This document shows positions 28,777-43,420 of a stretch of DNA of 64,000 nucleotides, in pieces (the first letter of the stretch is position 1; each line of letters opens with the position of its first letter). The stretch covers positions 186,001 through 250,000 of the forward strand of contig NC_092673.1 in assembly GCF_964355755.1 (NCBI RefSeq), read 5' to 3'. Made by a program: the position numbers and the translations under genes. Below the pieces are notes generated by a model. That model saw nothing but the letters and a program-made list of their open reading frames with translations. It searched no databases and was not told the DNA's origin. The stretch comes from Antedon mediterranea (taxonomy: Eukaryota; Animalia; Echinodermata).

Positions 28777-30121
28777 TTACACAAGGATTGAAGTCACGTG
28801 ATACTATTATAACATTTATTTATTATACGATTTACAAAAAGGTTAGATTTTTTTAAATACACAATTTAAATTCAAAAATAGGTTTTATGTTCTAAAGTAA
28901 ACCTAACATAAACATATCTTATATTCACTACGTAGAGTTTTTTTTTAATTATTATCATTATTATTGTAGGTCGGTTATAAATATTTTATCAAATTGTTGA
29001 AGGTCAGCATTAGTCTCAATGCCATAGCTTTTACACGTAAATATACAATAAATAATTCAGTTTTTAATCCACAAAACTTTAATTGAAACGATGTATTTTT
29101 TATACTCTGTAATTTTAAAGAACATTTGGATTAAAATAAATAAAAACGAACTAATTTGTTATTTTTAAAATCCATCAATCATTTGTAAATTGTTGTTATA
29201 CTACAACACTTTTGAAAGGTTCTTAAGAATCAATCGGTTTATTTAAACGACAAGAAATTAAAAAAAAACAAATTAATGAACTTTTCTACTAATAACGTAA
29301 TACAAATGACAGAATACTTGTACTACTGGCAATGTATTTATTATAATTTGCTTAATATTTCATTCCTTATAATACAATTACATTTCACATAAACGTACGT
29401 GATCAGTTGATTAAACATTAAAATTAACGCCACGTTTCCATTAGACCCTTCTAATGGAGGAGTATTCAATATAGTTAAAACGGGTATTTTAACTCTATTT
29501 TTTTAGCAATGTTTTAAGCGTGATAGCTTTCATTTCATGTGATTTAAATGATAAGATAATGGATATGTTGCTCCATAGTAGGTTTATATACAGCCACAGT
29601 GGCTGTGAGCTGCTCACCCTTCTTTACTCGTGACTATGGACTATTACAGGTGTATTGATTGGGATAGCGGTAGACCTTATTAAAACAAACTCATTTTTAA
29701 TTTGCAGTTCTTATAATCCTTTGTTTCACAATCCGATTCTTATTTTTAATTGTTTCTTTAAACATAATACCGTCGGCAATTATGCCAATTAATTATCAAC
29801 AAGGTAGAGTTGGTTATTTGCCACCTACTTCTCCATTTAAGATTATTTTTTCTGAGACCACATCCCTCAATGTAAGACTGTTTGCCTCCGTCACTGTAGA
29901 CCACCTCTGTGCTTTTAGACCATCCCCCTTAATTTAAGATTGTATGACTCTGTATGATGTAATTCTCACACCCCTTAATGTACTGTTTGCCTTCATCACC
30001 GTAGACCAGCCCTCGTTTTAAGATGGTTTATCTTTGTGATTGCACACCATTCCCTTCAATTTATGTTTTCTCCTGTCACTCTTGACTACACCCTTTATGT
30101 AAAATTGGTTCGCTTCTGTCA

Positions 30122-30545
30122 AGGTTTGCCTCTGTTACTCTAGAACAACCCCTTAATGTTCGCTTCTGTCATGTCAATGTAAACCACACCTCTCTAATAT
30201 TGCATGTTACCTCTGTAGCTACACATCCCTCAATTTAAGCTTGCTTGCCTCTGTTACTCTAGAACAACCCCTTAATGTTCGCTTCTGTCAATGTAAACCA
30301 CACCTCTCTAATATTGCATGTTACCTCTGTAGCTACACATCCCTCAATTTAAGCTTGTTTGCCTCTGTTACTCTAGAACAACCCCTTAACGTTCGCTTCT
30401 GTCAATGTAAACCACACCTCTCTAATATTGCATGTTACCTCTGTAGCTATACATACCCCTCAATTTAAGCTTGTTTGCCTCTGTTACTCTAGAACAACCC
30501 TTTAATGTTCGCTTCTGTCAATTAAACCACACCTCTCAATTTAAA
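30122..30545. repeat. 114-116-bp tandem repeat (~3.5 copies) built on an older ~38-bp unit
   Basis: The unit TTTGCCTCTGTTACTCTAGAACAACCCCTTAATG... repeats; degenerate ~38-bp relatives extend back to ~29830. Confidence 0.85.
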
Positions 30546-33500
30546 CCTGTAGACCACACTCTTCATGATTATTTATGATTTCTAACCTATGTTTAATATG
30601 TGAACCATTGTAATTTCATTAGACATTATCATATTTTTCCAATAATTGAATGGTGCATCATCAATTTTCCTATATTTACGATGTGCATTAATTATACCCA
30701 ATGTTTGTAATTGACATGATAATTTTGTAAAAATATAGTCCATAACCTACGCATTATCACTCGTCTGTGATCTAATAACCAAGGCTATAGAGCGGAATTA
30801 TACTACTGCGAAATAAGCGTAAAATAATATCGGAAGCGGTCAAGTTGATAATGTTATATAAAGCTAATTGCAAAGATTATAGACTTGATGGTGTCATCTA
30901 AGTGCGTATCTGAACGTTTGAAGTATATTCATTACAATGATATAAGTGTCATGTAGTGGCTAACTTGATGTTATTACCATTGTAGTGCTAACGTGCTTAT
31001 TAAGTAGCGTGATAGATGTTGAGTAGATTAGATTTTTTTTACATTTAACTTAGGCAATTTTATTTTTTATAATTTCTTTTTTATTCATTAGGATTTGTAA
31101 TATTTAATATAGGGATTACGTTACAGAAGCTCACACATCAGCTCTCCAATAAATCATAAATAATACTTTTTTTTTAAGTTCGAATGTGTAACCAGTCTCA
31201 AATGTCCTATTTTTTTTTCAAAAGCTTTTCCAACTTTCATAAAGAAGTAGCTGATATAAACTACTTAAAACAATTTTTAAAAACGTTCGGCGTTTTCCCG
31301 AAATGTAGAATAAACAAGTATTTGTAATGACATTTTAAATTTAATATTATCATTTTATTAAATTTATTAATATAGATAACATAACAAAAGTATAACATTA
31401 ATGTTTGAATTTTCCTGGCGCCTCTAAAATGACGGGAATAAAATGATTCTAATCTCAAAGCAAGAACCACATCAAAAAATCAGAAATCAAATTGATATTC
31501 TAGAATATTGATCAAGCTGATGTACTTCGAATAACAACGATTATACAGCCTTGAACTGATAAATGTGAGACAAAAATAAAATAGATAAATTATTCGACTA
31601 AGTCTCCATTAAATGGGCAGTGGAATAATCAGAATGACATTAACAGGAATTGTTTGGAAGAGTTGATGGAACAGACTTTACTAATAGCTTTTAAAAGGTG
31701 TTTTTATCAAAATTAATATCAAGAATATAGAGAATGAGAGGCTATGGCAGTATAGCGACTGTCATACAATATTATTGTATGCTAAAGGTTATTTTGAGTT
31801 ATTGCTAATTATTTTATAATAATTGGTTTGCTTATAATATTCATAATTGTTGTTTTCTTTAAAATAACACATTTTCATATGAAATTTAAAACACTTTATT
31901 CGGTGGTCAGTAATCTATAGGCCTATTTAACAAAATTGTAATTTTATATTTTATAACTCAGAGGTTTATTTATCATTTATCATCAACTGTCCCCCTACGT
32001 CATAAATATAGGTACTTAGATAAAGACTACACAGTTTTATTTAGCTCCTTAATTATGACTAACAACTATCGGAAATACTATCAACAAATATACATTTAAG
32101 TATGGCAAGCCAATATTGCATTTATCTTCTTTAACTTAGTAGGCCTACTTGTCAGCATGGAGTAACCTTTTCTCCATGACAAGACAAAACGGATTTTTAG
32201 TAAACCAAAAACTAAACTTCAATTACCGTCCAAATCGACCTTCAGTTTTTTCTTCGTGGGTTAACCAAGTAACGATCAGAAATGATGGGAAACAAAATAA
32301 GAGCGGCTAAAACGATAGAAAATTTAATATGGTCAGCCAACATTGCCTTTAGCAGTTAAAACCAAGTCAATCTAAGAATGATGGAATCAGACCAATATTA
32401 AGGAAGATGATACTTGCTTTTGAATCCGAGCTAGTCAGTCGATAATGTAATATAATACTCAAAATGTTAATTCTATAGCAATATCGCTTCAAACGCAACA
32501 GGCATAAATATGATAATTGATACAATAGATATACGTATCTATTTCAAACTCAAGAGAAAGCGTTTATGTATATATGAGATGGTTAATATATCGTAGACAA
32601 AGATTAAAATGGCAAAGATCAAATTAATGCAATACATTTCGGTACTTAGAAGTTGTTTGAAGATCTATTTTAAAGGATCGTTTCCTGTTTCTGCTGCAGC
32701 CTACGTGTTCAGATTATGTTTTAACGAACATATCAAATTAAATAGCATGTTTTAGGTAAACGAGAAGATATTTATACTCGATCGAACACGGAAAGATGTG
32801 CAAGATCAAATTTAATATTTTTGGTAAATTAAACCGATGCTCTATTTGCCGAATCTACTCAAATCTTGTTATAACGAATCATACCTTGGACGAGTTTGAA
32901 TACAGATCTATTGAAAAAGACAATTCTTAAGCCAATCGTGTTTCAATACTGTGAAACCAGTTTATTGTAAACGAATCAAATGAAAGGGGGATAGGGCCGA
33001 TTAAACAAGACAAAGTTCGAAATTTAGACATATAGGTTTAAGATTTTAATACATTTTTTTCATAACATTGCAAGAAATAAGAAGGAAAACACTGACTTGT
33101 GTTATAGCTTATAAAAGTAATTTTGAATTAGTGACGTATAGTAGCATTTCCAATAGATGTTAATGGTTCTTGCGGCCTGCCTTTCCTGGACTCTTTATCT
33201 TAAGCAGCACTTAAACATGTACTTAAGAATGCAATTCACATTCTTTTTGTTCCCACCCCTTCTCATTATAATGGAAGTCATTTAAAACTCGAACTCTATA
33301 ACAATTACCATAAAGATAATGTTGTGTGTGCGTGTTTTTTTTCACCTTTTTTATGTATTATCTGTTTTATTTGAAGATGTTGTGTGTGCGTGTTTTTTTT
33401 TCACCTTTTTTATGTATTATCTGTTTTATTTGAAGATGTTGTGTACAAAAACACATTTCTAATGTAATGTTTCTTTTATTGGAAAAAACGCGCATTCATT

Positions 33501-34612
33501 CATTCATTTTATTTCTTCATTTATTACATTACTATTTGAATCCATTATTCATATGATATTCAAGAAATTCCCCCACGTTGAAAGAACATTCAGATGAATC
33601 TTTATGAAGAAAAGACTTCACTACTAAAGCTGATGTAAGACCCAGGGAATCCAGGTTTTTGCAAACATATTGTTGCTTATTGTGCCAATATTAAAGAACT
33701 ATCGAACGTAAAGATGTTTCCGTGACTCAGAAACGTCTATGAGAAAGAAAATAATGTCCGTGACTGTTTTACAAAACTAAAGAGTATTAAAGATAACACC
33801 TGCAATAAGGAAACACATTAATGTTTGTTACGCAGGTAAAAGGTCTAAGAAGCTACTAAATCTATTTCTTATTTAATATATACATTTACTCGGTCAGTTA
33901 ATTGTTTGTTTTTTTTTTTGTTTTTTTTTTATTATATTCAGTTCACCAACAGCGATGAAACCGCCACTAACAGGTTGAATCAAAGAACGTGAAGATGATA
34001 ATACTTCTATACGAATATATGTAACTTAAATACCGATGCCATTGTAACATAAATAAAAGTGATAATTACAATTAAAATTTATAGGGATACTGATATTGTC
34101 TCAATTGGTAAAAGCGCGCAGTACCTTATGGCAAAAAAGAATTAACCAATGTGATAAACGGTAAAGTGTCTACGACGCTATTTTGATGTTTCCTTTACAA
34201 GATAAAATTTAAAGTATGTATGTATAACAGACAAGCACATTCGTCATTTATTTTATTTAAAATCACAAGTAAAAAAGTTTGTTTTGAAAAATTACCAGTT
34301 ATTCAAAACAGTTAACCATTACCGATGAGTAAACGTCATAACTAAATTTGGCTCTTACATCATCAGTCATGGAAACAAATCGTGACCTTTGGTTTCAAGG
34401 GTCTTTAAAAAAATGAGTATAGGATGAATGTACCTTTTTAAGTCATACCCAGTTGTAAATATTATTTGCTAAGATTTTGTTTAATTACTTGTTCAAATTA
34501 GACAAATTAACGCCCATGTCAGGCTATCCAAAGTATTTTTCCAGAGAAAAAGGAAGAAAATGACGCAATTCAGTTACATAATGTAAAATATATGTTCTTT
34601 GCCTGATTTGTT

Positions 34613-35165
34613 TATATATATATAAACACATTAGGCAATGAATATTAAAATTGAAATTCAATTAATTAATTTGAAACGATAAAGATGAGGAAATCTGTGA
34701 GAATGAGAAAAATTCGCCCCAACCGAGACTCGAACCCGGACCGCCTGCTTCATGCAGATGTCCTAGCCATTAGACCACTGGGGCTTTCATGGTATTGTTC
34801 AAACTCGATTGGATAGCGACTCTTTAACATTCTCGGCGAAGTACGGCGGAACAGCACTAGTCCTCAGTTGTACGCACGCGCACCAGAGATCAAATTGATT
34901 TATTCACGAGGCGGGATCTCCGAAGAGATACTTTTATATATATAAACACATTAGGCAATGAATATTAATTCAAAACCGCCCGGTGATATACTGAAATTCA
35001 ATTAATTAATTTGAAACGATAAAGATGAGGAAATCTGTGAGAATGAGAAAAAGTCGCCCCAACCGAGATTCGAACTCGGACCGCCTGCTTGATATGCAGA
35101 TGTCCTAACCATTAGACCACTGGGGCTTTCATGGTATTGTTCAAACTCGATTGGATAGCGACTCT
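34613..35165 (-). repeat. Tandem ~340-bp repeat with tRNA-derived cores (34716-34784 and 35055-35126)
   Basis: The minus-strand sequence GCCCCAGTGGTCTAATGGTTAGGACATCTGCATATCAAGCAGGCGGTCCGAGTTCGAATCTCGGTTGGGGCG has A and B boxes and cloverleaf stems but a non-canonical anticodon loop, which is partly deleted in copy 1. Confidence 0.8.
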
Positions 35166-36601
35166 ATAAACCAAACAAAAGTGAGAATAACAATGAAATA
35201 GTTATTATTATTATTATTGGAAATAACTGTATTGAAGAGGAATTGAATAAATAGTGGTTAACCCCACAAAAAAAAGATTTTGTTTAATACTTGTTCAAAT
35301 TAGACAAATTAACGCCCATGTTAGGCTATCCAAAGTATTTTTCCAGCGAAAAAGGAAGAAAATGAAGCAATTCAGTTGTCGCTTAAAACGGTGTCAATGA
35401 AATAGTAACGATTATATCCTGTCAACGCGAATCAGACAAAATAGCCTGAACTAATTAAACTAAACCATTAATGTTCATTGAAAATCATAAAATACACATT
35501 CAAGTACACGTAAATTTTATTAGATTAAATACACTGTTATCATTAGTTGACAGATAATGTTACTCTTATTTGAAATGACAAATTTAGAAATGTGTTTTAT
35601 AAAAGAAAAAAGTCTGCAACTCAATTAAAATAACAGGGTTAGTAATGAGCAGGAACTACAGTATAATATAAAGACTACAAGATTAAATTGGATAAGAAAA
35701 AACGCATTCTAAAGTGCTGATTTGCGTTTGTATTTCCACCGTCAATGCAATTTCAAAAAGGAAGACACTACTTCACATCGTCAACGACCAATAGAAACGT
35801 CCAGTGTCACTAAGAGCAATAACTATAAAACAATGTTTAAAACATGTAAAACAAAATCGATAAAAATGACAAACGCAAAATGAAAAATAAGATACAATGG
35901 TTAAAATGCAATGGTATCCAATGGTTACCAAACAACTTACCTTTGCATTTTGCCCAAATAATTCTAAAAAATATGATTGATTACATCAACAACAGCCTAG
36001 CTGTGACACCATTCGTCATATTAAAGGAAATGCTGACGACATTATGCTATGTGAACCAATGCTTTTTTTGATTGACCATTACGCAGGTGTGAGTACATAA
36101 ATAGAATTATTGATTGTCATATTATTCTGGTTAAAGGTATACGAAACAATTAACTTCAACATTAATAAATATTAATTTAACTTCGATATAGACACTGACT
36201 TTTGTACAATATTCCTTGATCGTAAAAAATAGATTGTCCATAGTATAACATTTAAACAGCTTGCAAATAAGCGGTATAATTTATCCGATAAAAATTACAA
36301 CTTTGTTAAATGGAATCCAAATCAAGTTTAAAAATGAATTTAAATTCAAGTCCACATTGTTTATATAGCCAAAAAGCTACATGGACCTTACACAAGAAGA
36401 ATGCATTTTCTTTAGCTAAGTCCCTTTACAAACAAGTAAGGTACAAGACAGTAACATAATAGAAAAAGCAGCGCGAGTTTCAACAAAAATTGTAGCTGCA
36501 TGGATCTAGATATATTTCTTTAACACGTTAGTTGGGAAGTAAAACAATATTCAAAATGTTCACTTGATATTGATAAAAATACTCTGAAACAAATCAGCTG
36601 T

Positions 36602-36790
36602 AAGTCCTATAACGTATAAAGATATTTGATTAAGTTTAATACTACAGTAGGTTCCCTACATGAAGTCCTATAACGTATAAAGATATTTGATTAAGTTTAA
36701 TACTACAGTAGGTTCCCTACATGAAGTCCTATAACGTATAAAGATATTTGATTAAGTTTAATACTACAGTAGGTTCCCTACATGAAGTCT
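36602..36790. repeat. 61-bp tandem repeat, 3 copies
   Basis: AAGTCCTATAACGTATAAAGATATTTGATTAAGTTTAATACTACAGTAGGTTCCCTACATG repeated exactly. Confidence 0.95.
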
Positions 36791-37281
36791 TAACAAAATA
36801 CCGTAGCAATAATAATTTGGCCAAAACACCTCGTTACTGTTACTCTATTTCTTTCTAAACATTTTCACGTTTTCACACATTGTACAATTATTTAAAATAA
36901 TCTTGTTTTTAGTGTGATATTATTGAATTTCACAAGAATAAGAACTTGTTTAACAAATTCAAGATTCCATTTCCAACGATTTAATAAATAAATTAACGCT
37001 TACTCGTGAAGTTTGATGCGACATCCAGTTCAATTCTTTGTTAATTTTTCATGTTTCAATATTTATACTAGTTAATTATTAAATCAATGTTTAGTATTCT
37101 CGTTATGTTACAAATAATCTATAAATACATATTAACTTTAATATATAGATATTAAAGACATTCCGTCCTGGGAACATTTGTAATTGGATCAATCTTAGTC
37201 ATACTATAAATTTGTCACAAACTATAAACTGTAAACATTTGCTTACTATGCTGTTTTTTTTTATACAGTCAATTTGTTTAT

Positions 37282-37414
37282 GCATAATAGAAAAATAACG
37301 CTTAAAAAAGAACGACGTTTCAACTCCATCATGGGTTCATTATGGAGTCGAAACGTCGTTCTTTTTAACCGTTATTTTTCTATTATGTAGTTACAATAAG
37401 CGTACCCTCATTCG
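37282..37414. mobile_element. Hairpin insertion with a 12-bp TSD (Penelope-like end?)
   Basis: ~50-bp inverted arms at 37283-37387 plus a 27-nt tail, flanked by CAATTTGTTTAT at 37270-37281 and 37415-37426. Confidence 0.7.
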
Positions 37415-39291
37415 CAATTTGTTTATTCTTATTAAATATTGAAAAATACTTAATTGTACATATTGAAAACACAATCATATTTAAATAAGGTTCGCGATAT
37501 CACCTATTGAAACTTTTTATTAGTTTTAAATCAGAAGAGATTAGTTTACTTCTGATATGATCGATTACTGTAAATTATTTAGTTATGTAATACAGCTATT
37601 AAATGCATTCACTCAATAACAAAAAATAAAATTTACTGACTAATTACGACTGGAAAAATGTGATCTAAAAAAACAAACTGAATTGAAGACTTGACGTTGT
37701 CTCTTCTATGTCAACATTCGTTTAGTCTCGGCAGCAGAAAATACAAATGCCATACACGATAAAAGAGTAACGTTACCATTATGTTTATACATGACATGTT
37801 GTTTTCCATTATCAATTTATTAATAAACACAAGAGTCAAACGTGATGTTTTTACATTGCATTTCGCACACTAAATAATATCAATGACACGACTGTATTAA
37901 AACGCTTTGAGTAATAGTTTTTGATATTGTTTTAATTATTGCAAATTTTAAATATAGACCTGAAAATGCCATTAGGAATGGAATTGAAATATCAGCTTAC
38001 ATTATTGAGCCTTTCGATCATATTAAACGTTACGTTATTCAAATACAATTATATTTAGGAACCCGTCACCAATGAGATAAGCATTACTTTTCGAAGATAC
38101 GTCAACGTGACGGGCGCGCACGTGCAGAGACGCTTCCGCCGATGAATTAGTGATGAGTTTTCAGTTCGATCACTGTAAACTCAAAACAGAGGGTTAGACT
38201 GTATTTCAAACTATAGAAAATCTTTCAATTACATTTTCAATCTAGATTTTGAATAATTCTCCTAATTCTAAAGCTCAATTAGTTACTTGGATTAGTCTAT
38301 TTTTGTGTCTGGATTATCATCGTACACTTTTGGAGTTATGCTATTCGAATTAGTTGATTGTGTGGGTAGCGTCCATTATCCCAAAATGGAGAGATTAAAG
38401 CCTCAATCTGTTCACTTAATGACCGTCAAATGTGTAGATATATTATTTACGTGTTTGGTTATTTCAAAACAGATATGAATATTTGTATATTGTTTTGTTC
38501 GAACTAAATAATGCCAAAACCATCTTACGATTCTGGTCCTTATTTTTTTCAAAAGTTACAAAATACAAACCGTCATCTAATTGTGAGAGCCTTTGAATTG
38601 GATAGTTCTTGGCTTGTCTGTATCATTTAACCTAAATATTGGCACCTGAATGATCGAACCAATAACTTTCTCAATTCCAGCGCAACATACCGCCGTACGT
38701 AATACGCACATTGCAACGCATTGGTGAGAAACGCGTACTGCAAAATATATACGAGAATGAAAGAAAAACGATAGCTCTCAGCATTTAATTTACTGCGGAA
38801 AAATATAAACGCGTGTAACATATTTATTAGAAACTTAACCCTGACTAAGTATGTCAACAATATTAATTGCAGCCAGAAGCAATCGCTTTCTAATGAAAAA
38901 ACTGTTGCTTTTGAGAAGTGATAGGAACAGATATAATGAGGTTATATAGTCCATTTAAAATTATTATGTATAAAATAACATTTCTTTATAAATACAGTAC
39001 AGTACAGTATGAGTACAGTATACATTATTACTACAAAGGCGTTTCTAAATTTCATTTTGCATATTCAACATTATTCATGGTCTAAATCCTAATAATATTG
39101 AAATTTAAAATGTAATCTAATTATCATGCTAATTATTGATTGGTGTATTTAGATTACAAGACTCGGTGTTGATCGATTAAAACCTGCGTCTACGTCTTAA
39201 GAATTATGCTGGTTTGGTAAGAAATTACTAGCAATCTCAAAAAACAATATTATACTATATAATGATAATTTTTTTAATAGATACAACTTAC

Positions 39292-39460
39292 CTACTTTTG
39301 TGAGGCTACCAACAAATTTACTGTCCGTAGCGAAATCTCCCGTTAGCTGCGATCGTTGCGAGGTACTTTATAACTATGAATTGTCTTACCAAACTTAGCT
39401 TGCTTATCGTCGGCGCGCCACGTTCCTATTGGCCAGTATTTCGTCATCAACTACGTCACA
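39292..39460 (-). promoter_or_regulatory. Candidate non-coding first exon and Pol II promoter, probably of the neuropeptide precursor gene
   Basis: On the minus strand: CRE-like TGACGTA (39452-39458) and TGACG (39442-39446), CCAAT (39428-39432), TATAAA (39367-39372), then a perfect AG|GTAAGT donor at 39292/39291. The link to the 24090 acceptor (15-kb intron) is inferred. Confidence 0.45.
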
Positions 39461-41502
39461 AGCACTGCGTGAATTATGCGTGTCGTTTTTCATTGTTACT
39501 TGAATGTGTAAGTTGTGCGTTCAGATTTGCTAGCTAATTACACTCAACAACATCTCCCCCGTATCGTCTATATTGACCAGCTCAATGGTTCATTTGATCA
39601 CACCAATCGACACAATATAATAAGATGACAGATTTCAAATGAAAACGTCAAACAAATATCTCGCGAGTTTATTAGTTTCAAGTCGAAGATTTGGTGGAAG
39701 AATACATCACAATGGGTTTCCGTTGTGGAGTAACTAACCGACTAATCAGATACAACGATGTATAGAAAAGTCATTGCACTTCAAAAGGTACAATCAATAC
39801 TAGTAAATAATGATGGTATGCAATAACATTTTCAGACGGTGCCGGTTCGAAGCGCAATTATGCAAAATGTGACTGAGAGTAAGTTATTAATTTAGTCACA
39901 TTGTAATTTAGCTTGTTTACCCAATTTGTCTTTGCTTAAATATCGTCAATAGATCTTAGCAATATTTAATTATCTAATACAGGCCTATTGTATGTAACTG
40001 CGTGGGTACGGTAGCCAATATCAAAAGTATATATTATTTCTGTTTTTGCTTATGCACGTATATATATGGCCTAAACCAGATTCCGTCTGCTATAACATTA
40101 TATGTTAAGTGTTAAGCTAGTCCAATAAATACCAATATTAAATACCACCAATCAAATCTTTACTCCTGCTCGTGTTTATTCATAGTACTTTAGAAAATGT
40201 TATTGCATACCATCATTATTTTTTATGTATCGAAGCAAAATATAAAACATATAGGCGTACAGTAGTAACCTTGTAAATGTCATAAATTGCGTCAGGAAGC
40301 AACAAAAAAATTAACTCAAACAATATAAGATGATAATTTTGAATCAATATAGGCAACAAAAATAACAACAATATCAAATACATAATGATTCCGGAAGTAA
40401 AATGATCGACATGCATTTGACTTATGTAAACCTTTATGAAACCAAACACTTGAACTACATAGAATCGTTAACAATACCATTATATACCATTATACCACAA
40501 TACCATTATATTACACTATTACTACATAGAATCGTTAACAATACCATTATATTACACTATTACTATTATGAATGTACATGTACTGCTGTAAAGTTCTACA
40601 TCTTTGTAGGCCACTACATTTTGTGATATTTAAACGATCGCCAAAATTAAGTTTTTGCGGAGAAATTAAATTATGTCGTCAAAATTAAAGCTAATTTTTA
40701 AAGGGTAAGGCCACAAAAACAATTGAACTTGCAATAACATGACGTGTCTAATAGGTTATGTAGTGTTTGTTTAGCTACTTTATGTGATATTAAAAAGATG
40801 ATTAATTATGAACTCTAGTGGTGATAAATACCGTAGTAGTAATACATGCAACAAAATAACATTTAACGTGAAATAATTATCTCTTGACATGTAATATATT
40901 GAGAGGATAAGATGTAGTTATGAACACGTCATCATGTTTTATGTACAGAGTCAGATGGAAGGATGTGTTCTCTACAAAGTTCCTATAATTTGATTCATAA
41001 TAACATCCAATGAATTTGTCCACAAAGCAAGTTTAACCAGAGTTCTTTACTCGATATCTACGATCGGCATGACACACACTTCATTTGAAAGTAAAGCTTG
41101 TTAAATTATATTTGTTTATGTTTAATTAATGCATTTGTTGCGTCTATCTTGATTAATTGTAAATGAATTTCCACTTTATAGAAACAACTTCAGAGAAAAC
41201 ACATTGAAAATTAATTAATATATTGTTGGATCTACGACGGCAACATCAAAAACAATACAGTGCTTCTGAAATTAGCTAAGTTCATTAACTCTGTCTGCCT
41301 GTAGGTCTATTCCATTCAAACTAATTCAATTGTAACTTCATAAAAGTGAAATAAAATTGTATCTATAACTTCTCAGTTACTTTAAGAAACGGTGCTTCCA
41401 ATTTAATACAACAATTGTGTATTGCACTGACACGGGCTAATGTTTCCTATTGACAATAAATAATGTTTAAATTACATATTTTTGTAATTGTGTGCATAAC
41501 AA

Positions 41503-41616
41503 TTATTCGCGTGCAATGTGACTCTATAGCTCACTATGTCGGTCGGTTGGTCGGTCGGTCGGTAAACACTAACTCAAATTTGCGCACACGACTGCAGCCA
41601 TGTATATGGCCTTGTT
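41503..41616 (+). mobile_element. Short Helentron-associated (HINE/DINE-like) element
   Basis: 5' CGCGTGCAATGTGACTCTATA, an internal (GTCG)n microsatellite and a 3' hairpin GCCATGTATATGGC followed by CTTGTT. Confidence 0.6.
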
Positions 41617-43254
41617 AATTTTAGTTCTTACAATAAATAATACAACAATTAAAATTTAAATATTTGTAAGCGCTCATTTGAGACAATGCATAATGCGACG
41701 TGCAGTTAAATAACAACTTCAGTCTCTCTCACTATAACTAACTCAGTGATGGTTGTAAACAAGTCTTGTGTAAATCCACGTTTTATGTGTATGAGGGTAA
41801 CTGGGTCAACTATTCATAATACTGTAATTAACAGAGAGGAAGTTCTTGTCAAAATTACATAAGTAATAATGACTGTCTAAAAGTTAATGATACGTTGTTC
41901 ACAATATTCCACGTCATACGTAGTGTTTAGATTTGGACTTCTCACTTAATTTACGATGAAAAAACAAGGCTGATTTGCGAGAGACGTGGCGTACAATTCC
42001 CATACATCAATCCGATTCCTATACAAACTCCCTCACAAATTTTAAACATCAGCTTAATGTATATTGTCTTCTAGTTAAAGTTCACATCAACTGGTACATA
42101 TACTGTGCATTAGATTTTATTGTATGACGTTAGAGCAAAGAGGGGACTAGACTACACAGCAGGTAAATTGTTGGTGTATTTAACAACAACAGAAACGTCA
42201 TATCTTATGCAACGTGTGCATAAATAAAATATGTTAGGAAAGACACCTTTCGAATATTCATATATTCACACTGTATTGCCACTAAAGAAGGCTAAAAAAT
42301 TACAAAAGATCACATAGGCCTACTACCAAAAAGGTACATTAAAATGTAGGTGTCATGCCAATCAATCCCGCAGGTAACAAGATTTTTTTTTTTTAGAATA
42401 GTGCAGTATAAAACTATACGTTTTGATTAAAACATTGAGAAATAGATTTTCCAAGATTAAAATGAACGCTTTAGGTTTCCAAACTTCCTTAAGGTACATA
42501 ATGAAGTGACAGATTTGATTAAAACCATGTATATGAATATATTATATAATGACGTCATAAGAGGGTTAGTTGATAATCGGTATCAAATTTCTTCATGACG
42601 TCATATGGATGCTATCCTGGGTGGTCTATGACTTCATATTATACTAATAATAATGATATTGAGATTGATTTATTTAGGTAAAACCAATATTTCATCAAAT
42701 ATTAATTTACAAATGAATTGGATATTTGCAATAATATATTGATGAATGACACTTTACACGTATACAGGATGTTGTCACGTGGTAACAATATGTCCATGTG
42801 AAATTGTTCATTCTCCTTTTATAAATTAATTAAATATTGCAATACGAATGTAACTGTAAAAACTTATTTTGTCAGTTTAATCGGTATTTACGTAACGTAA
42901 CGTAATAATGGTGATTGTTGTTGTTGAGTATAAAGTATTATAAGAGTAAGTGACCATCCATAACATGATAATTGATTTAGTCAATTAAAATGTTCGCATT
43001 GCTGATAATGTTAGAAGTAAGACTTATCAAAAGGTTCGCATTGTTAATATGACTTTCCATAACAACTTCTATTGAACTTCAACAATCCTAATGAGTTTTA
43101 AAGAGTTTATTTATTTTAGATGTTTTTTTATAAGTGATAATTTTTTTACAGTAAAATTTATTCAAACATTTTGAATAAAACGAAATGAGTTGAAGCATTT
43201 TAATTAGTTACTTGGCGTGTACGCAAACAAATTGCATTCACATTGCGCACTTCC

Positions 43255-43420
43255 TAATGCTTGGTTCCCACTATAACGTAACGCAAAAACGTAGACGCAA
43301 CGCAAGCGTGTTGACCAATCACACGCGACTGTTTGAATAAGTCATCGCTTGAGATTGGACACATCAGTTTACGTTGTATTAAGTCATTGGGTTGCATCCT
43401 AGTGGGAACCATGCTTAAGC
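43255..43420. mobile_element. MITE of the same family as the 26.1-27.8 kb cluster
   Basis: GCTTGGTTCCCACTA...TAGTGGGAACCATGC termini, ACGCAACGCAAGCGTGTTGACCAATCAC core. Confidence 0.75.

Noticed and set aside
35055-35126. Functional tRNA gene (ATC anticodon)
   Set aside because: The anticodon loop is non-canonical, the sequence is embedded in a duplicated repeat, and the sister copy has a loop deletion.
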